Source: a candidate division FCPU426 bacterium (GTDB lineage Bacteria; Oederibacteriota; Muellerivitia; Muellerivitales; Muellerivitaceae). From it: a DNA stretch of 64,000 bases. This document shows, one piece after another, positions 9,088 through 18,824 of the stretch. How positions within the stretch are numbered: position 1 is the stretch's first letter; each line of letters starts with the position of its first letter. The stretch lies in the NCBI GenBank assembly GCA_963719085.1, contig CAVRAL010000004.1, positions 608,001 through 672,000 of the forward strand, read 5' to 3'. The position numbers and the translations under genes were made by a program. Under the pieces are notes generated by a model that saw only the letters and a list, made by a program, of their open reading frames with translations, made no database searches and had not been told where the DNA came from.

Positions 9088-11004
9088 TTAGCGGCCTCCG
9101 GTGTTGGGCGGGCCGAACTTGCCCTTAAACCCTTCCCCGTCGTCGGCCATGATGCCCTTTTCCACCCACTCGAACTCATGATTCAAGACCTTGGCCGCGA
9201 CTTTGCTTTCGGCCACATCGGCGTTTGAGAAGACGCCGTCAAAATAGGCGTGGATACGCAGCTTGGCTTCCCGGCAAAAAAGGTCCGCCAATTCCCGGGG
9301 GCCGCTTTCCCCCGGCGCTTGTTTTTCCACCGCCAAAACCTTGGTGCAGGCTGCGGTCATGGCGAAAAGCTCCGTTCCGATTTCCACCAACCGCCCCAAA
9401 ATCATCTGGCGGCGCTCGAGCTTGGGCCCGAATTTAACCATTTGATGGAAAAGCGTACGGGCCAATTTGCGGGAAGTCGTTTCCACATAACGCATGTGGC
9501 CGGCCAGCGATCCATAGGCCGAATAACGGGGCCACAGGCCCGTGGGCATCCAAAGCCGGGGATACCAGAAAGGATAAAAGCGCGCGCAATTGATGAAAGC
9601 CTTGAGCTTTTCCTTGATCGGAGCGCTGGGGGTTAACAAAGGCCCGGCGGTGCTCATGTGCTTGTCCATGGCTTCCCGGGCGATAAACAGATGCTGGATT
9701 TCATCCGTGCCCTCGATGATGCGGTTGATGCGGGAATCGCGCATCATGCGCTCCACCGCGTAGCCCTTTTCACCCCGGCCCCGGAGCGACTTCGCCGTCT
9801 CATAGCCCCGGCCGCCCCGAAGCTGCATCAAGTCGTCCACGATCTTCCAGGAGGCCTCACTGCAAAAAAGCTTGGCCATGGCCGCCTCGAGGCGGATGTC
9901 GGCGCCGCCCCGGTCCACCAGCGCGGAAGTGTAATAGGTCATGGCTTCCTGGGCGAAGGTGGAGGCCGCCATATTGGCGATCTTCACCGCGCCCGGCTCA
10001 TGCTTTCCGATGGGCGCGCCCCATTGTTCCCGTTCCTTGCCCCAAATTTTAGCGATCTGAAGCGCTTGCTTGCTCATCCCGGCGGACGCCGCCGGCAAGG
10101 TGAGCCGGCCCGTGTTCAAGGTAATGAGCGCCAGCTTGAGACCCAACCCCTCGCCCCAAAGGATGTTTTCGGATGGGACCGTAACCTTATTGAAATTGAT
10201 CACACCGTTCTGGATGGCGCGGATGCCCATAAAATCGCAGCGGTGCTTGTACTCGATGCCCGGTGTTCCTTTTTCAACGATGAAAGCCGTGATCTGTCGC
10301 TTCTCCCGGCCGTTCACCATTTTGGACGGGGTTTTGGCCATCACGCAAATGACATCGGCCACCAGCCCATTCGTGCACCAAAGCTTGGTGCCGTTGATGG
10401 TCCAGGTCTTGCCGTCGGCCGAAGGCTCGGCGGTCACGGTCATGCGGGCCGGATCGGACCCCACGCCGGGCTCGGTCAAGGCGAAAGCCGAGATGGCGCC
10501 CTTGGCGAACATGGGAAAATATTTTTTCTTTTGCGCCTCATTTCCAAAAAGCTTCAGAGGCTGGGGCACGCCGATGGACTGATGCGCCGAAAGCCACACG
10601 GCGGTGGAACCGCAATAGGAAGCCACCATGGCCACGGCCCGGTTGTAATTGATCTGCGAAAATCCCAATCCGCCGTATTCTTTGGGGATCTTCATGCCCC
10701 AGCAGCCCAGCTTGGCCAAGCCGTCGATCACGCCTTGGGGCAGGGTTCCCGTTCGATCGACTTCGTCCGGATCCAGGTTGTCTTTCAAAAAAGCTTCCAG
10801 GCGGACCATAAACTCATCGCCGATGGCCTTGTCCTCGGGTGATTGCAGGGGATAGGGCGAGATCAAATCCGTGCGCAAACGCCCTAAAAATAACTCGGCC
10901 ACGAAGCTGGGCTGGGTCCATTCGGTTTCCCGCGCCCCCTCGGCCACTTCCAGGGATTCTTTTTCTTTCTCGCTTAAATGTTTGAGTTCGGTCGTGACGC
11001 TCAT
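9088..11004 (-). CDS. Acyl-CoA dehydrogenase (long, VLCAD-like)
   Basis: FALTEPGVGSD, GTKLWCTNG, QLRGGRGY, RDSRINRIIEGT. Confidence 0.95.
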   Translation of the reverse strand: MSVTTELKHLSEKEKESLEVAEGARETEWTQPSFVAELFLGRLRTDLISPYPLQSPEDKAIGDEFMVRLEAFLKDNLDPDEVDRTGTLPQGVIDGLAKLGCWGMKIPKEYGGLGFSQINYNRAVAMVASYCGSTAVWLSAHQSIGVPQPLKLFGNEAQKKKYFPMFAKGAISAFALTEPGVGSDPARMTVTAEPSADGKTWTINGTKLWCTNGLVADVICVMAKTPSKMVNGREKRQITAFIVEKGTPGIEYKHRCDFMGIRAIQNGVINFNKVTVPSENILWGEGLGLKLALITLNTGRLTLPAASAGMSKQALQIAKIWGKEREQWGAPIGKHEPGAVKIANMAASTFAQEAMTYYTSALVDRGGADIRLEAAMAKLFCSEASWKIVDDLMQLRGGRGYETAKSLRGRGEKGYAVERMMRDSRINRIIEGTDEIQHLFIAREAMDKHMSTAGPLLTPSAPIKEKLKAFINCARFYPFWYPRLWMPTGLWPRYSAYGSLAGHMRYVETTSRKLARTLFHQMVKFGPKLERRQMILGRLVEIGTELFAMTAACTKVLAVEKQAPGESGPRELADLFCREAKLRIHAYFDGVFSNADVAESKVAAKVLNHEFEWVEKGIMADDGEGFKGKFGPPNTGGR

Positions 11005-11146
11005 GAAGGGGTTCCTTTGACAGAGAATTAATTAAGTGGCAAATCCAAAAACCTGTCGGTCGACGATTAAAGCGGGCTGGAGCCGATTCAGCTAAGGCCT
11101 ATTTTACTCCTGTCTCTTTTTAACCGTAAGATGAAATCGGGTTCTT

Positions 11147-11671
11147 TTACAGGCCCACCCAAAGTCCGGCCGTTAAGGGAATGTCCAATTCCACCGGAGA
11201 AGCGTCGATCAAACTATTAAGGGCGGCTTGGACAAAAAGGTGGCTGTCCCCGCCTAAATCAACTTGGGCGCCAACGCCCGCCTGAAGGTCCAGGTTGGAA
11301 GCGCTGCCGCCGCTAAAATAAAAGGTTCGAAGCGAAAGTCCCGGACCGGCCAAAAGATAGGGCTGCCAACCCGCGCCCGGGAAAGTATATTTGGCCTGCG
11401 CTAAAAACCTAAAATGGTACTGGGCGTGGCCGCCCCCGAGAAAAGACCAGTCCTCAAACTGCAGTTGGGCCGACCAATCCGAATTCATTCGGACGCCCCC
11501 AAAAAAATGCGCGCCGCCCCCCACATAATAAGCGGGATCAAAGCCGGAGGCCGGTAAATCCACCCCCGTGCCTATTCCTATGTAAAAAGGATGGGATACA
11601 GCGGCAGTCTCCTGCGCCCGGGCTGAAACCGTCAGAAAAACGAAAATCAAAAACAGGATTATTTTTTTCAT
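11147..11671 (-). CDS. Small outer-membrane beta-barrel protein (OmpA/OmpW-like barrel)
   Basis: MKKIIL signal peptide with ARA cleavage site; QPYLLAGPG and QAGVGAQV strands. Confidence 0.75.
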   Translation of the reverse strand: MKKIILFLIFVFLTVSARAQETAAVSHPFYIGIGTGVDLPASGFDPAYYVGGGAHFFGGVRMNSDWSAQLQFEDWSFLGGGHAQYHFRFLAQAKYTFPGAGWQPYLLAGPGLSLRTFYFSGGSASNLDLQAGVGAQVDLGGDSHLFVQAALNSLIDASPVELDIPLTAGLWVGL

Positions 11672-11763
11672 GCCCCCACCCCTTCCCATAAGATGCCAAA
11701 TTATAACAATCTTTGAAAAAGAAACCGATTCCCAAGGCCCCCCGGGAGCGTTAAAATAAGGAC

Positions 11764-11985
11764 ATGAACTCATTCGCCAATCCCGCGGACGCCGCTCTTT
11801 TTGAATACCCGGAATTTCCCAAAGCCGTTCAGGAAAGTTTCGAGGCCTTCAATGATCCCGCGGTTTCTCCCGGTTTTACCGATTTCACCACCGCCCAGAC
11901 CATCGCTCCTGAGGAAACCATCACCTTGGTTCAACCCGCCTTATTCCAGGATTTTAAGGATGTCTTGGCCGCCACGCAGTCCTGA
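11764..11985 (+). CDS. Small acidic hypothetical protein (73 aa)
   Basis: TTCCCA-17-TAAAAT promoter ending 6 nt before ATG; stop lies 6 nt before the next gene. Confidence 0.55.
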   Translation: MNSFANPADAALFEYPEFPKAVQESFEAFNDPAVSPGFTDFTTAQTIAPEETITLVQPALFQDFKDVLAATQS

Positions 11986-11991
11986 TTTTTT

Positions 11992-13887
11992 TTGACCGAT
12001 AGCCCTTCTCTCCCATCCGAACCGTTAAAAAAGTTTTCCCCTTGGGCCTACGCCTTGGCCGCTTGCTTTATCCTGATCGCCCTTTTCGCCTGCCGCCAAG
12101 ACCAAGACTTTGATATCGGCTTTCATCTCAAAGCCGGGCAATGGATCGCGCAAAACCAAACCGTGCCCCGTCTGGATTCTTTTACCTATACCGTCACCTC
12201 CCACCCTTACGTGGATATGCTTTGGTTGTACGAACTGGGTTGTTACGGCCTGAACCAGCTGGGCGGCCTGATTCTTTTATCCGTAGTTCACGATCTTTTA
12301 ATCCTGGCGGCTTTCGGGCTTTTGGTGTACCGGATGCGCCAAACCCAGGCGCCGCCCGGCGCGGTGGTTTTTTTACTTTTGCCCGCCATCCTTTGCGCGG
12401 AATTGCGGTTTCTGTTGCGGCCCGAGATCCTCAGCTGGGTTTTTCTTTTGCTGGTCTTGATGGCCCTGGACGCGCGGAAAAATTTGGGCCCGCGCCTTTT
12501 GTTCGTCTTGCCCCTTCTTCAGGTGTTTTGGGTGAATACGGAAGGCCTTTTTATTTTGGAATGGGTCGCGCTGGGCGCTTACCTGGTCTCGGATTGGATC
12601 GAGACCCGCCGCCCGGATAAAAATCTAGTCCAAGCTTCGCTTTTAACCTTGGCGGCTTCCTTGCTGAATCCTTATTTCATCCAGGGTGTCCTGTTTCCCT
12701 TCGCCCTGCTCAACCACTTGGAACCCCATAACCTCTTTCATCAAACCGTTTCGGAATTCCAATCCCCCTGGGTGGTGATCCGCGCGCAAAACGCGCCCTT
12801 CTTTCCCGCCCTGCCCTTGGCGCTTTATAAAATTTTGAGCTTATCGCTATTGGCCTTGGTGGCGCTTACCTTTCGGCGGCGAAAAATTCACGAATGGCTT
12901 TTAGTGGGGGCCTTTTTCGGATTGTCGGCCTTTTCCATTCGAAATGTTCCCCTATTCTTTTGGGTGGCTTTGCCCGTGGGAGCCTCTTGCGCGAAGGATC
13001 TTTTGGAAGGCCCGGCGCTTTGGCGCGGGAGGGTTTCTTCCTTTTTGGGACGAACCCCTTGGGTGGCTTTCATCGCCGCCTTATTGATTCTGATATTGGC
13101 CCTTCGGGTTTTTACCCAGGCCTACTACGTCTCGGACCGGCGCATGACGCAAAACGGCTTTGGCTTGGATGAGGGCCAGGTCCCGGTCAAGGCGGTCGAA
13201 TTTATGGACCGCTATGGCCTGGGCGGCACGATCCTCAACAATATGGCTTTTGGGTCTTGGCTGGATTGGAAGGGTCCCGCGCCGTCTTTTATCGATGGAC
13301 GGTTGGAGGTGATGGGCGAGCCCTTTTACGCCGAATATCTCAAAAGCTATCAAGCCGGGGGCCTGGCGCCGCTTCTTGAAAAATACGGCGTACAGTTGAT
13401 CCTGCTGGACCACATGATGGACATTCCTTGGGTCAGCCAATTGCGGACCCTGCCCAACTGGAGGCTGATTTATTTCGACGACTTAAGCGCGATTTACGCC
13501 CGTCGGGATTACGCGCCTCAATTTGTCCCCATCAATTTCGAGTCCGCCCTTCCGGCCTGGGGCATGAAACAAGAACCTTCGGACGATCGATTAACCAACT
13601 TGCGGGATCAGGAGCGTTTTGCCTTGGCGGACTGGATGGACGGTTTGGGAACGATTGCGCGTTATCCGATGCCGCTGATGCGGGTGGGAACCTTCGCTTA
13701 CGAAAACGGGCAATTTCAAGTCGCCCGGGATTTTTTCCTGAAAGCGCTGGACCAAAGCCAGGGAAAATATTATGAGATTTATTACAATTTGGGCTCCGCC
13801 TATGCCCGCCTGAATAACGCGGCCTTATCCGGCCTTTGCTATCAAAAGGCGGTGGAGCTGAAACCTTCCTTGGCCTTGTCCCGATAA
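11992..13887 (+). CDS. GT-C-like polytopic membrane protein with C-terminal TPR
   Basis: D.D.GFHLKAG.WI motif, RPE, SEFQSP, FIDGR; C-terminal YYNLGSAY..YQKAVELKP TPR. Confidence 0.7.
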   Translation: MTDSPSLPSEPLKKFSPWAYALAACFILIALFACRQDQDFDIGFHLKAGQWIAQNQTVPRLDSFTYTVTSHPYVDMLWLYELGCYGLNQLGGLILLSVVHDLLILAAFGLLVYRMRQTQAPPGAVVFLLLPAILCAELRFLLRPEILSWVFLLLVLMALDARKNLGPRLLFVLPLLQVFWVNTEGLFILEWVALGAYLVSDWIETRRPDKNLVQASLLTLAASLLNPYFIQGVLFPFALLNHLEPHNLFHQTVSEFQSPWVVIRAQNAPFFPALPLALYKILSLSLLALVALTFRRRKIHEWLLVGAFFGLSAFSIRNVPLFFWVALPVGASCAKDLLEGPALWRGRVSSFLGRTPWVAFIAALLILILALRVFTQAYYVSDRRMTQNGFGLDEGQVPVKAVEFMDRYGLGGTILNNMAFGSWLDWKGPAPSFIDGRLEVMGEPFYAEYLKSYQAGGLAPLLEKYGVQLILLDHMMDIPWVSQLRTLPNWRLIYFDDLSAIYARRDYAPQFVPINFESALPAWGMKQEPSDDRLTNLRDQERFALADWMDGLGTIARYPMPLMRVGTFAYENGQFQVARDFFLKALDQSQGKYYEIYYNLGSAYARLNNAALSGLCYQKAVELKPSLALSR

Positions 13888-13957
13888 ATGTCCGATCCTC
13901 TATCGAATTGATCGCTTGAAATCAGGGAAAAAGGGCCTCTTGGCTTTTTGAAATGGC

Positions 13958-13986
13958 TGTAACGTTCCCCACTATTCCATCGTCTA
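13958..13986 (+). promoter_or_regulatory. Candidate ECF-sigma promoter
   Basis: TGTAAC-N17-CGTCTA upstream of the TPR/barrel gene. Confidence 0.45.
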
Positions 13987-14062
13987 AAGGTTAGAAAGAA
14001 GAACAGCTTTAATAGACGAAAGACCTATCATGGATCTTTCGGATTTACTTTGGAGGCTCCTC

Positions 14063-15340
14063 ATGACCCGCTCTTGGAAAAACCTTTTGTCGCTATTTCT
14101 GGGGTTTAGTCCCTTTTTGGCCTGTTCCCCGCTTTTCGCCGCCGCCGCCCAGGATTATGACCAAGCCGGGATGGCGCTTTTTCGCGCCGGGCAATACGAA
14201 AAGTCGATCCAGTATTTCAACAACGCCGTCCAAGCCGACGCCACGGATTGGCAAGGCTACGAGGACATGGGCGACGCTTACATGAAGCTGGATGACAAGC
14301 CCAACGCCCTTTCGTCTTACCAGAAAGCGCTTCAGTTAAACCCGGGCGACTCCACCCTGCAGGCCTTGGTGGACAGCTTGAGCGACCAAGTGGGGACCGG
14401 AACCGCGGCGGAAGACCAAACCCAACCCGAAACCTCCAACCCGCCGGCGCAGCCCCAGGATGATTCCGGTTACGCCGCCCCGGCCCCCACCACCATTGTC
14501 GTCCGCCACTTCCGGCGGCACCGAATGGTCCGGGCGCTTCCTAATTACAACGACGGTTTGGCGCTGATGGACCACGCGCCGATCTGGTTCCGGGCAGAAT
14601 TCGGCTATGACTACTCGGCCCAAACCCAGCTCATGGACAGTGCCACAGCCACTAATACAGAAAACACCAATGGGGATTTATTTTTCAACTTCACCAGCGG
14701 CAATGCCAGCATGAGCCACAATGGCTTTCAAACCGGAGGTGAGCTTGGTTTTCTATTGAACCCCTATAACGGCATCGCCATTGGCGCTCGTTTCATCGAG
14801 GCCTCGGATTATAACTTGAGCGCGGTCAACTCGAACGCTTCGACGGTTTCGGGCGCTCCCAGTGACTTTGAGAACGCCACTTTCTCGCCTCGGGTGGTTC
14901 CAATCACGCTGGACTATTATCTGTTCCTGCCCGACCATTCGGGCCGTTTCTTCGTCAGCGGCGGCGTGGGTTATTATTTCGGCTCTGTCCAAGTGAACGA
15001 GAATTACAGCTTGAGCAATTATTACGGTAACGCCAATGCCTTCGGGAATCCCTACGGAAACCTCAACGCTGGCAATATTGGGTTCCAACTCGGCGTAGGC
15101 CGGGATTTCGCGGTAACGCCCTTCTTCGGGGTCTCGCTTTACGCCCGGGGCTATTTCGCCCAGATATCAAACTTCCAAGGCACCTTGTCCGACGGCCAAA
15201 GTTGGGCCTTGGTCAAATACCCTGACAACACCGTGGACATCGATAATCCGTCCAGCATCGGCTCAGGCGGGGTAAAAGCCGCGACCGTTGATTTCACTGG
15301 CTTTGATATCGGAGCGTCCCTCAACTTCTTCACCTTTTAA
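14063..15340 (+). CDS. TPR domain + low-complexity linker + outer-membrane beta-barrel protein
   Basis: GGAGG SD before ATG 14063; signal peptide; TPRs (YQKALQLNP); barrel strands; terminal Phe. Confidence 0.75.
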   Translation: MTRSWKNLLSLFLGFSPFLACSPLFAAAAQDYDQAGMALFRAGQYEKSIQYFNNAVQADATDWQGYEDMGDAYMKLDDKPNALSSYQKALQLNPGDSTLQALVDSLSDQVGTGTAAEDQTQPETSNPPAQPQDDSGYAAPAPTTIVVRHFRRHRMVRALPNYNDGLALMDHAPIWFRAEFGYDYSAQTQLMDSATATNTENTNGDLFFNFTSGNASMSHNGFQTGGELGFLLNPYNGIAIGARFIEASDYNLSAVNSNASTVSGAPSDFENATFSPRVVPITLDYYLFLPDHSGRFFVSGGVGYYFGSVQVNENYSLSNYYGNANAFGNPYGNLNAGNIGFQLGVGRDFAVTPFFGVSLYARGYFAQISNFQGTLSDGQSWALVKYPDNTVDIDNPSSIGSGGVKAATVDFTGFDIGASLNFFTF

Positions 15341-15358
15341 CAGCCGTTGCGGTAATTT

Positions 15359-15395
15359 AAGGCCCGGACCCACCAGTCCGGGCCTTTTTTATTTT
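15359..15395 (+). terminator. Intrinsic terminator
   Basis: aaggcccggac/gtccgggcctt stem followed by T-run. Confidence 0.85.
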
Positions 15396-15412
15396 CGCTT
15401 CCCTCGTTTAGA

Positions 15413-16522
15413 ATGAGCCACGATCAAATACGGAAGGAATTTTCTTTGACGAACCCCCGGCCCGCCCATCGGCCTCCCTTTTTTAAACAGGTGGCTTCCA
15501 TGACCACCAAGATGGATTGGTCCCAATTCGACCCTTTAGGCGGCGTCCGGGGCATGCTGGGCGTGGCCCTGCCTTTGGCGGCGGGCTTTCTTTTAGGCAA
15601 CCTCACGGACGGCGTCATCACCGCCTCGGGCGCCTTGGCTTTAGGCGTGGGTTCTTTTCAAAAAAACAAACAATCCCACCCGGGCGCCATTCTTTTAGGC
15701 GGACTGGTCATGGGGCTTTCCACATGGATCGGCACCCTGGCCGGCCATTGGCTTTGGCTCTCGGTTCTGTGCGTGGCGCTTTGGGGATTCGTCGGCGGAC
15801 TTTTATTTGAGCTCAATCTTCCGACTTCTTTCGTGGGCAATAAAGCCATCTTGGCGATCCTGATCGCGGGCGGCTATCCCTCGGGTTTGGAGCAAGCCCT
15901 GCACCGCGCCCTCCTGGTTTTTTTGGGCGGCCTGGTCCAATCCCTTTTGGCGCTTTTAGAAGGCCCCCTGCGGGAACGCTGGGGCGGCCGGGCCCGGGTT
16001 TCGGGCGAGGCGCCTTCGCTTTCCAAAACGCTTCCGGCTTTTCTTTCGAATCTCAAACCGCCCTCGCCGCTTTTTCAAGGCGCCTTAAGGCTCAGCCTGG
16101 CCCTGGCCGCTTCCGATATCTTGTCCCGGTTTTTGGGCGCCCAAAGGGCCTATTGGATGCCCATGACGGTGCTCATTATTCTTCGGCCCGAGTTCGACCA
16201 AACTTTCGGCCGGGGATTGGGCCGCATGGCGGGGACCTTGGCCGGCGTGGGACTCGCCACCGCGCTCACCCTTTGGCTTCATCCGCAAGCCTGGATGCTG
16301 GCCTTATTGATACTGCTTTTTTCCTGGCTTTGTTTTACCCTTTTCGCGGTCAATTACGCCCTCTTTGCCGTGGCCTTGACCGCCTATGTGGTTTTTATGG
16401 TGACGATGGGAGGCGTGCCGGAAGCGGCGGCGGCCCGGGACCGGGTCATCGGCAATTTGGCCGGAGGATTTTTCGCCCTTGCTGTTTTTTTATTGTGGCC
16501 CGTGGGGAAAAGCAAAAGCTGA
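15413..16522 (+). CDS. FUSC-family membrane protein
   Basis: YWMPMTVLIILRP..TF.RG..R..GTLAG and R...NL.GG motifs; start may be later (ATG 15500). Confidence 0.8.
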   Translation: MSHDQIRKEFSLTNPRPAHRPPFFKQVASMTTKMDWSQFDPLGGVRGMLGVALPLAAGFLLGNLTDGVITASGALALGVGSFQKNKQSHPGAILLGGLVMGLSTWIGTLAGHWLWLSVLCVALWGFVGGLLFELNLPTSFVGNKAILAILIAGGYPSGLEQALHRALLVFLGGLVQSLLALLEGPLRERWGGRARVSGEAPSLSKTLPAFLSNLKPPSPLFQGALRLSLALAASDILSRFLGAQRAYWMPMTVLIILRPEFDQTFGRGLGRMAGTLAGVGLATALTLWLHPQAWMLALLILLFSWLCFTLFAVNYALFAVALTAYVVFMVTMGGVPEAAAARDRVIGNLAGGFFALAVFLLWPVGKSKS

Positions 16523-16525
16523 TTT

Positions 16526-16635
16526 ACCACGAAGTACACTAAGTTCACGAAGTTCGGCAAAAATCGGATTCATCCCAAATCCGATTTTTCCTTCGTCGTT
16601 TATCCTTACTTAGTGAACTTCGTGCACTTTGTGGT
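16526..16635. repeat. REP/MITE-like nested palindrome built from 9-nt units
   Basis: 28-bp arms with 24/28 match, made of CACnAAGTn units; inner perfect 12-bp stem 16559-16589. Confidence 0.85.
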
Positions 16636-16650
16636 TCGAATGAGGGACTC

Positions 16651-17565
16651 ATGAGCTTTTTAGATCAAGTGGAAATAGGCATCGGAACCTGGTCCTGGGG
16701 CGACAACGCGGTTTGGGGATTTGGGAAAAATTACGGGGCGTCGGATTTAAAAGAGGTTTTTGACGAAAGCGTGAAGGCGGGCGTCCGCTTTTTCGACACC
16801 GCCGAGGTTTATGGAAGCGGAAAATCGGAAAGCTTCCTGGGTCAATTCCTGAAGACGGTCCCGAAAGAACGGATCCATACCGCCACCAAATTCATGCCTT
16901 TTCCTTGGAAAGTTTCCACCTCCCATCTTTTAAAATCCCTGCGCTTAAGCCTTCAGCGGCTTCAACTTTCCCGGGTGGATCTTTACCAGGTCCATTTTCC
17001 CATGCCCTTCCGGTCCATCGAGGCTTGGATGGAACCCCTGGCGGAAACCGTGAAGCAAGGCTTGGCCGCTGAAGTGGGCGTTTCGAATTACAGCCGCGAT
17101 CAGATGCTGCGGGCCCAGGACGCCTTGGGTAAAAAAGGCGTCCCTTTGGCTTCCAACCAAGTCCAGCTCAGTTTGGTCCGCCGAAAGAACGATCTAAATG
17201 GAGTTTTCGCCGAATGCCGCAAAAGCGGCATCCGCTTGATCGCCTTCAGCCCCTTGGGAATGGGACTGCTGTCAGGAAAATACACCCGCCAAAATCCCCC
17301 GGCGGGACCCCGGCGGCTTTTTTATTTCGGTCAATTGGGAAAAATTGAGACCTTAACGGCGGCTTTACGGGAGATGGGTCAAACCCATGGGGGCAAAAGC
17401 CCCAACCAAGTAGCCCTGAATTGGCTGATCGCCAAGGGCGCCCTTCCCATACCGGGAGCTAAAACCGCCTCGCAGGCCAAAGAAAACCTGGGCGCGCTGG
17501 GCTGGCGTTTGTCGGAGGAAGAATTGGGGCGATTAGACGAGCTCAGCCGGCATTTTACGCTTTAA
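16651..17565 (+). CDS. Aldo/keto reductase
   Basis: GIGTWSWGD, FDTAEVYG, ATKF, VGVSNY, IPGAK. Confidence 0.95.
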   Translation: MSFLDQVEIGIGTWSWGDNAVWGFGKNYGASDLKEVFDESVKAGVRFFDTAEVYGSGKSESFLGQFLKTVPKERIHTATKFMPFPWKVSTSHLLKSLRLSLQRLQLSRVDLYQVHFPMPFRSIEAWMEPLAETVKQGLAAEVGVSNYSRDQMLRAQDALGKKGVPLASNQVQLSLVRRKNDLNGVFAECRKSGIRLIAFSPLGMGLLSGKYTRQNPPAGPRRLFYFGQLGKIETLTAALREMGQTHGGKSPNQVALNWLIAKGALPIPGAKTASQAKENLGALGWRLSEEELGRLDELSRHFTL

Positions 17566-17576
17566 GTGAATTGGGC

Positions 17577-17605
17577 TTGCGTCCATTGCCCGGGCTTTTT
17601 AGGAT
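17577..17605 (+). promoter_or_regulatory. Sigma70-type promoter, leaderless spacing
   Basis: TTGCGT-17-TAGGAT-6-ATG. Confidence 0.6.
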
Positions 17606-17611
17606 AGACCC

Positions 17612-17992
17612 ATGGAATCTTCCGAATATATTCCCGGCGTTTGCAATATTGGCCCGCAAGAACGCGTCCTACGCCGCATGGTGGGTTACGTTTGCGTCGG
17701 GTTTTTCGCCGCTCTCTTTTTAGTCTTTTATTTTACCCACGCGCCTTACGGCTTACGCCTGATCCTATTGATCCCGGCCTTTGTCGGCGGTGTGGGCTTC
17801 ATCCAGGACGCCATGCGATTTTGTGTCAACTTCGGGTTTCGGGGCCTTCATAATCTCACCCGTTCCGCCGGCGTCACCCTCACCGTACAGGAAGCCGAGT
17901 TCCGCCATTCGGACCGGGAAAAAGCCGTTGAAATTCTTTGTTACTCGCTGATCGCGGCTTTGGCCCTGACTTATTTCGCCCTTCTCTTTTAA
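17612..17992 (+). CDS. Small membrane protein (YIPGVCNIG N-terminal motif)
   Basis: Three hydrophobic segments; CNIG..E...R and Q....FC..FG motifs. Confidence 0.75.
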   Translation: MESSEYIPGVCNIGPQERVLRRMVGYVCVGFFAALFLVFYFTHAPYGLRLILLIPAFVGGVGFIQDAMRFCVNFGFRGLHNLTRSAGVTLTVQEAEFRHSDREKAVEILCYSLIAALALTYFALLF

Positions 17993-18060
17993 TTTCCCCG
18001 CCCCGCATGGGCGGAATCCCTTTTAAAACTTCCCTTTTTTCGAGATCCCGAAGCTGTTAA

Positions 18061-18088
18061 TTGACAAGTCCCTTCCAGGCGTTAGGAT
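18061..18088 (+). promoter_or_regulatory. Sigma70-type promoter
   Basis: TTGACA-16-TAGGAT upstream of the DUF1761 gene. Confidence 0.6.
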
Positions 18089-18122
18089 GCCCCTGCCGTT
18101 ATCCTTATCTTGAGGAGTTGTC

Positions 18123-18530
18123 ATGCAAGAACCGCATTTGACCTTGTGGGTGGTCCTAGTGGCCGCCGTGGCGAAATTTCTTTTGGGGGGCTTGTGGTAT
18201 TCGGCTCTTTTCCAAAAGTCCTGGATGAAAGAAATGGGTCTTAAGCCCAAGGACATGAAAAAGGGCATGGGGGGCAGGTCCATGGCGATTGAGTTCGTCG
18301 GGAACCTAATCACAGCCTTCGTTTTGGCCGCCGCCATCCGTTCTTGCGGTGCCCAGGGAATTACGGGGGGCTTAACCGCCGGTTTTTTCAGTTGGCTGGG
18401 TTTCGTGGCCGTGGTGCAGATCCACAGCGTGATTTTCGAGATGAAATCCTGGAAACTTTTTTTCATCAACACGGGCTTCCAGCTCGTGGGCCTGCTGCTG
18501 ATGGGGGCTATTTTGGGTCTCTGGGTTTAA
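18123..18530 (+). CDS. DUF1761-family membrane protein
   Basis: LGGLWYS..F.K.W, WLGF, FE.K...LF.IN.G; GAGGAG SD. Confidence 0.85.
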   Translation: MQEPHLTLWVVLVAAVAKFLLGGLWYSALFQKSWMKEMGLKPKDMKKGMGGRSMAIEFVGNLITAFVLAAAIRSCGAQGITGGLTAGFFSWLGFVAVVQIHSVIFEMKSWKLFFINTGFQLVGLLLMGAILGLWV

Positions 18531-18553
18531 AAAAACTTAAATAAGCCGCGCTT

Positions 18554-18587
18554 AGGCGGGCCCCTTCGGGAAGCCCGCCTTTTTTTT
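18554..18587 (+). terminator. Intrinsic terminator
   Basis: aggcgggc/gcccgcct stem plus T8. Confidence 0.85.
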
Positions 18588-18634
18588 GCCCAAACCTATG
18601 GCCGGCATCCCCCAAGGGCCCATCACGGCGGAAT

Positions 18635-18673
18635 AAAAAAAGGGACGGACCTTTAAGAGGCCCGTCCCTTTTT
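18635..18673 (-). terminator. Intrinsic terminator (bidirectional form)
   Basis: A-run, gggacgg/ccgtccc stem, T-run. Confidence 0.8.
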
Positions 18674-18824
18674 ATTTAAACAGGAGCGGATCAGGGAACC
18701 GCTCCTTCTCTCTCTTCTCCACGCGCCGAAAGAACTTGAATCCTGGGGGGCAGGACTTTGAGTTCCCGGGGGAGGATTTTATTTTAGGCTCGTTTTCTTT
18801 GCCTCGGGCGCTTGAGACGCCGGG

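Noticed and set aside
9658..10842. 394-aa plus-strand ORF
   Set aside because: Antisense shadow of the acyl-CoA dehydrogenase, typical of high-GC3 genes
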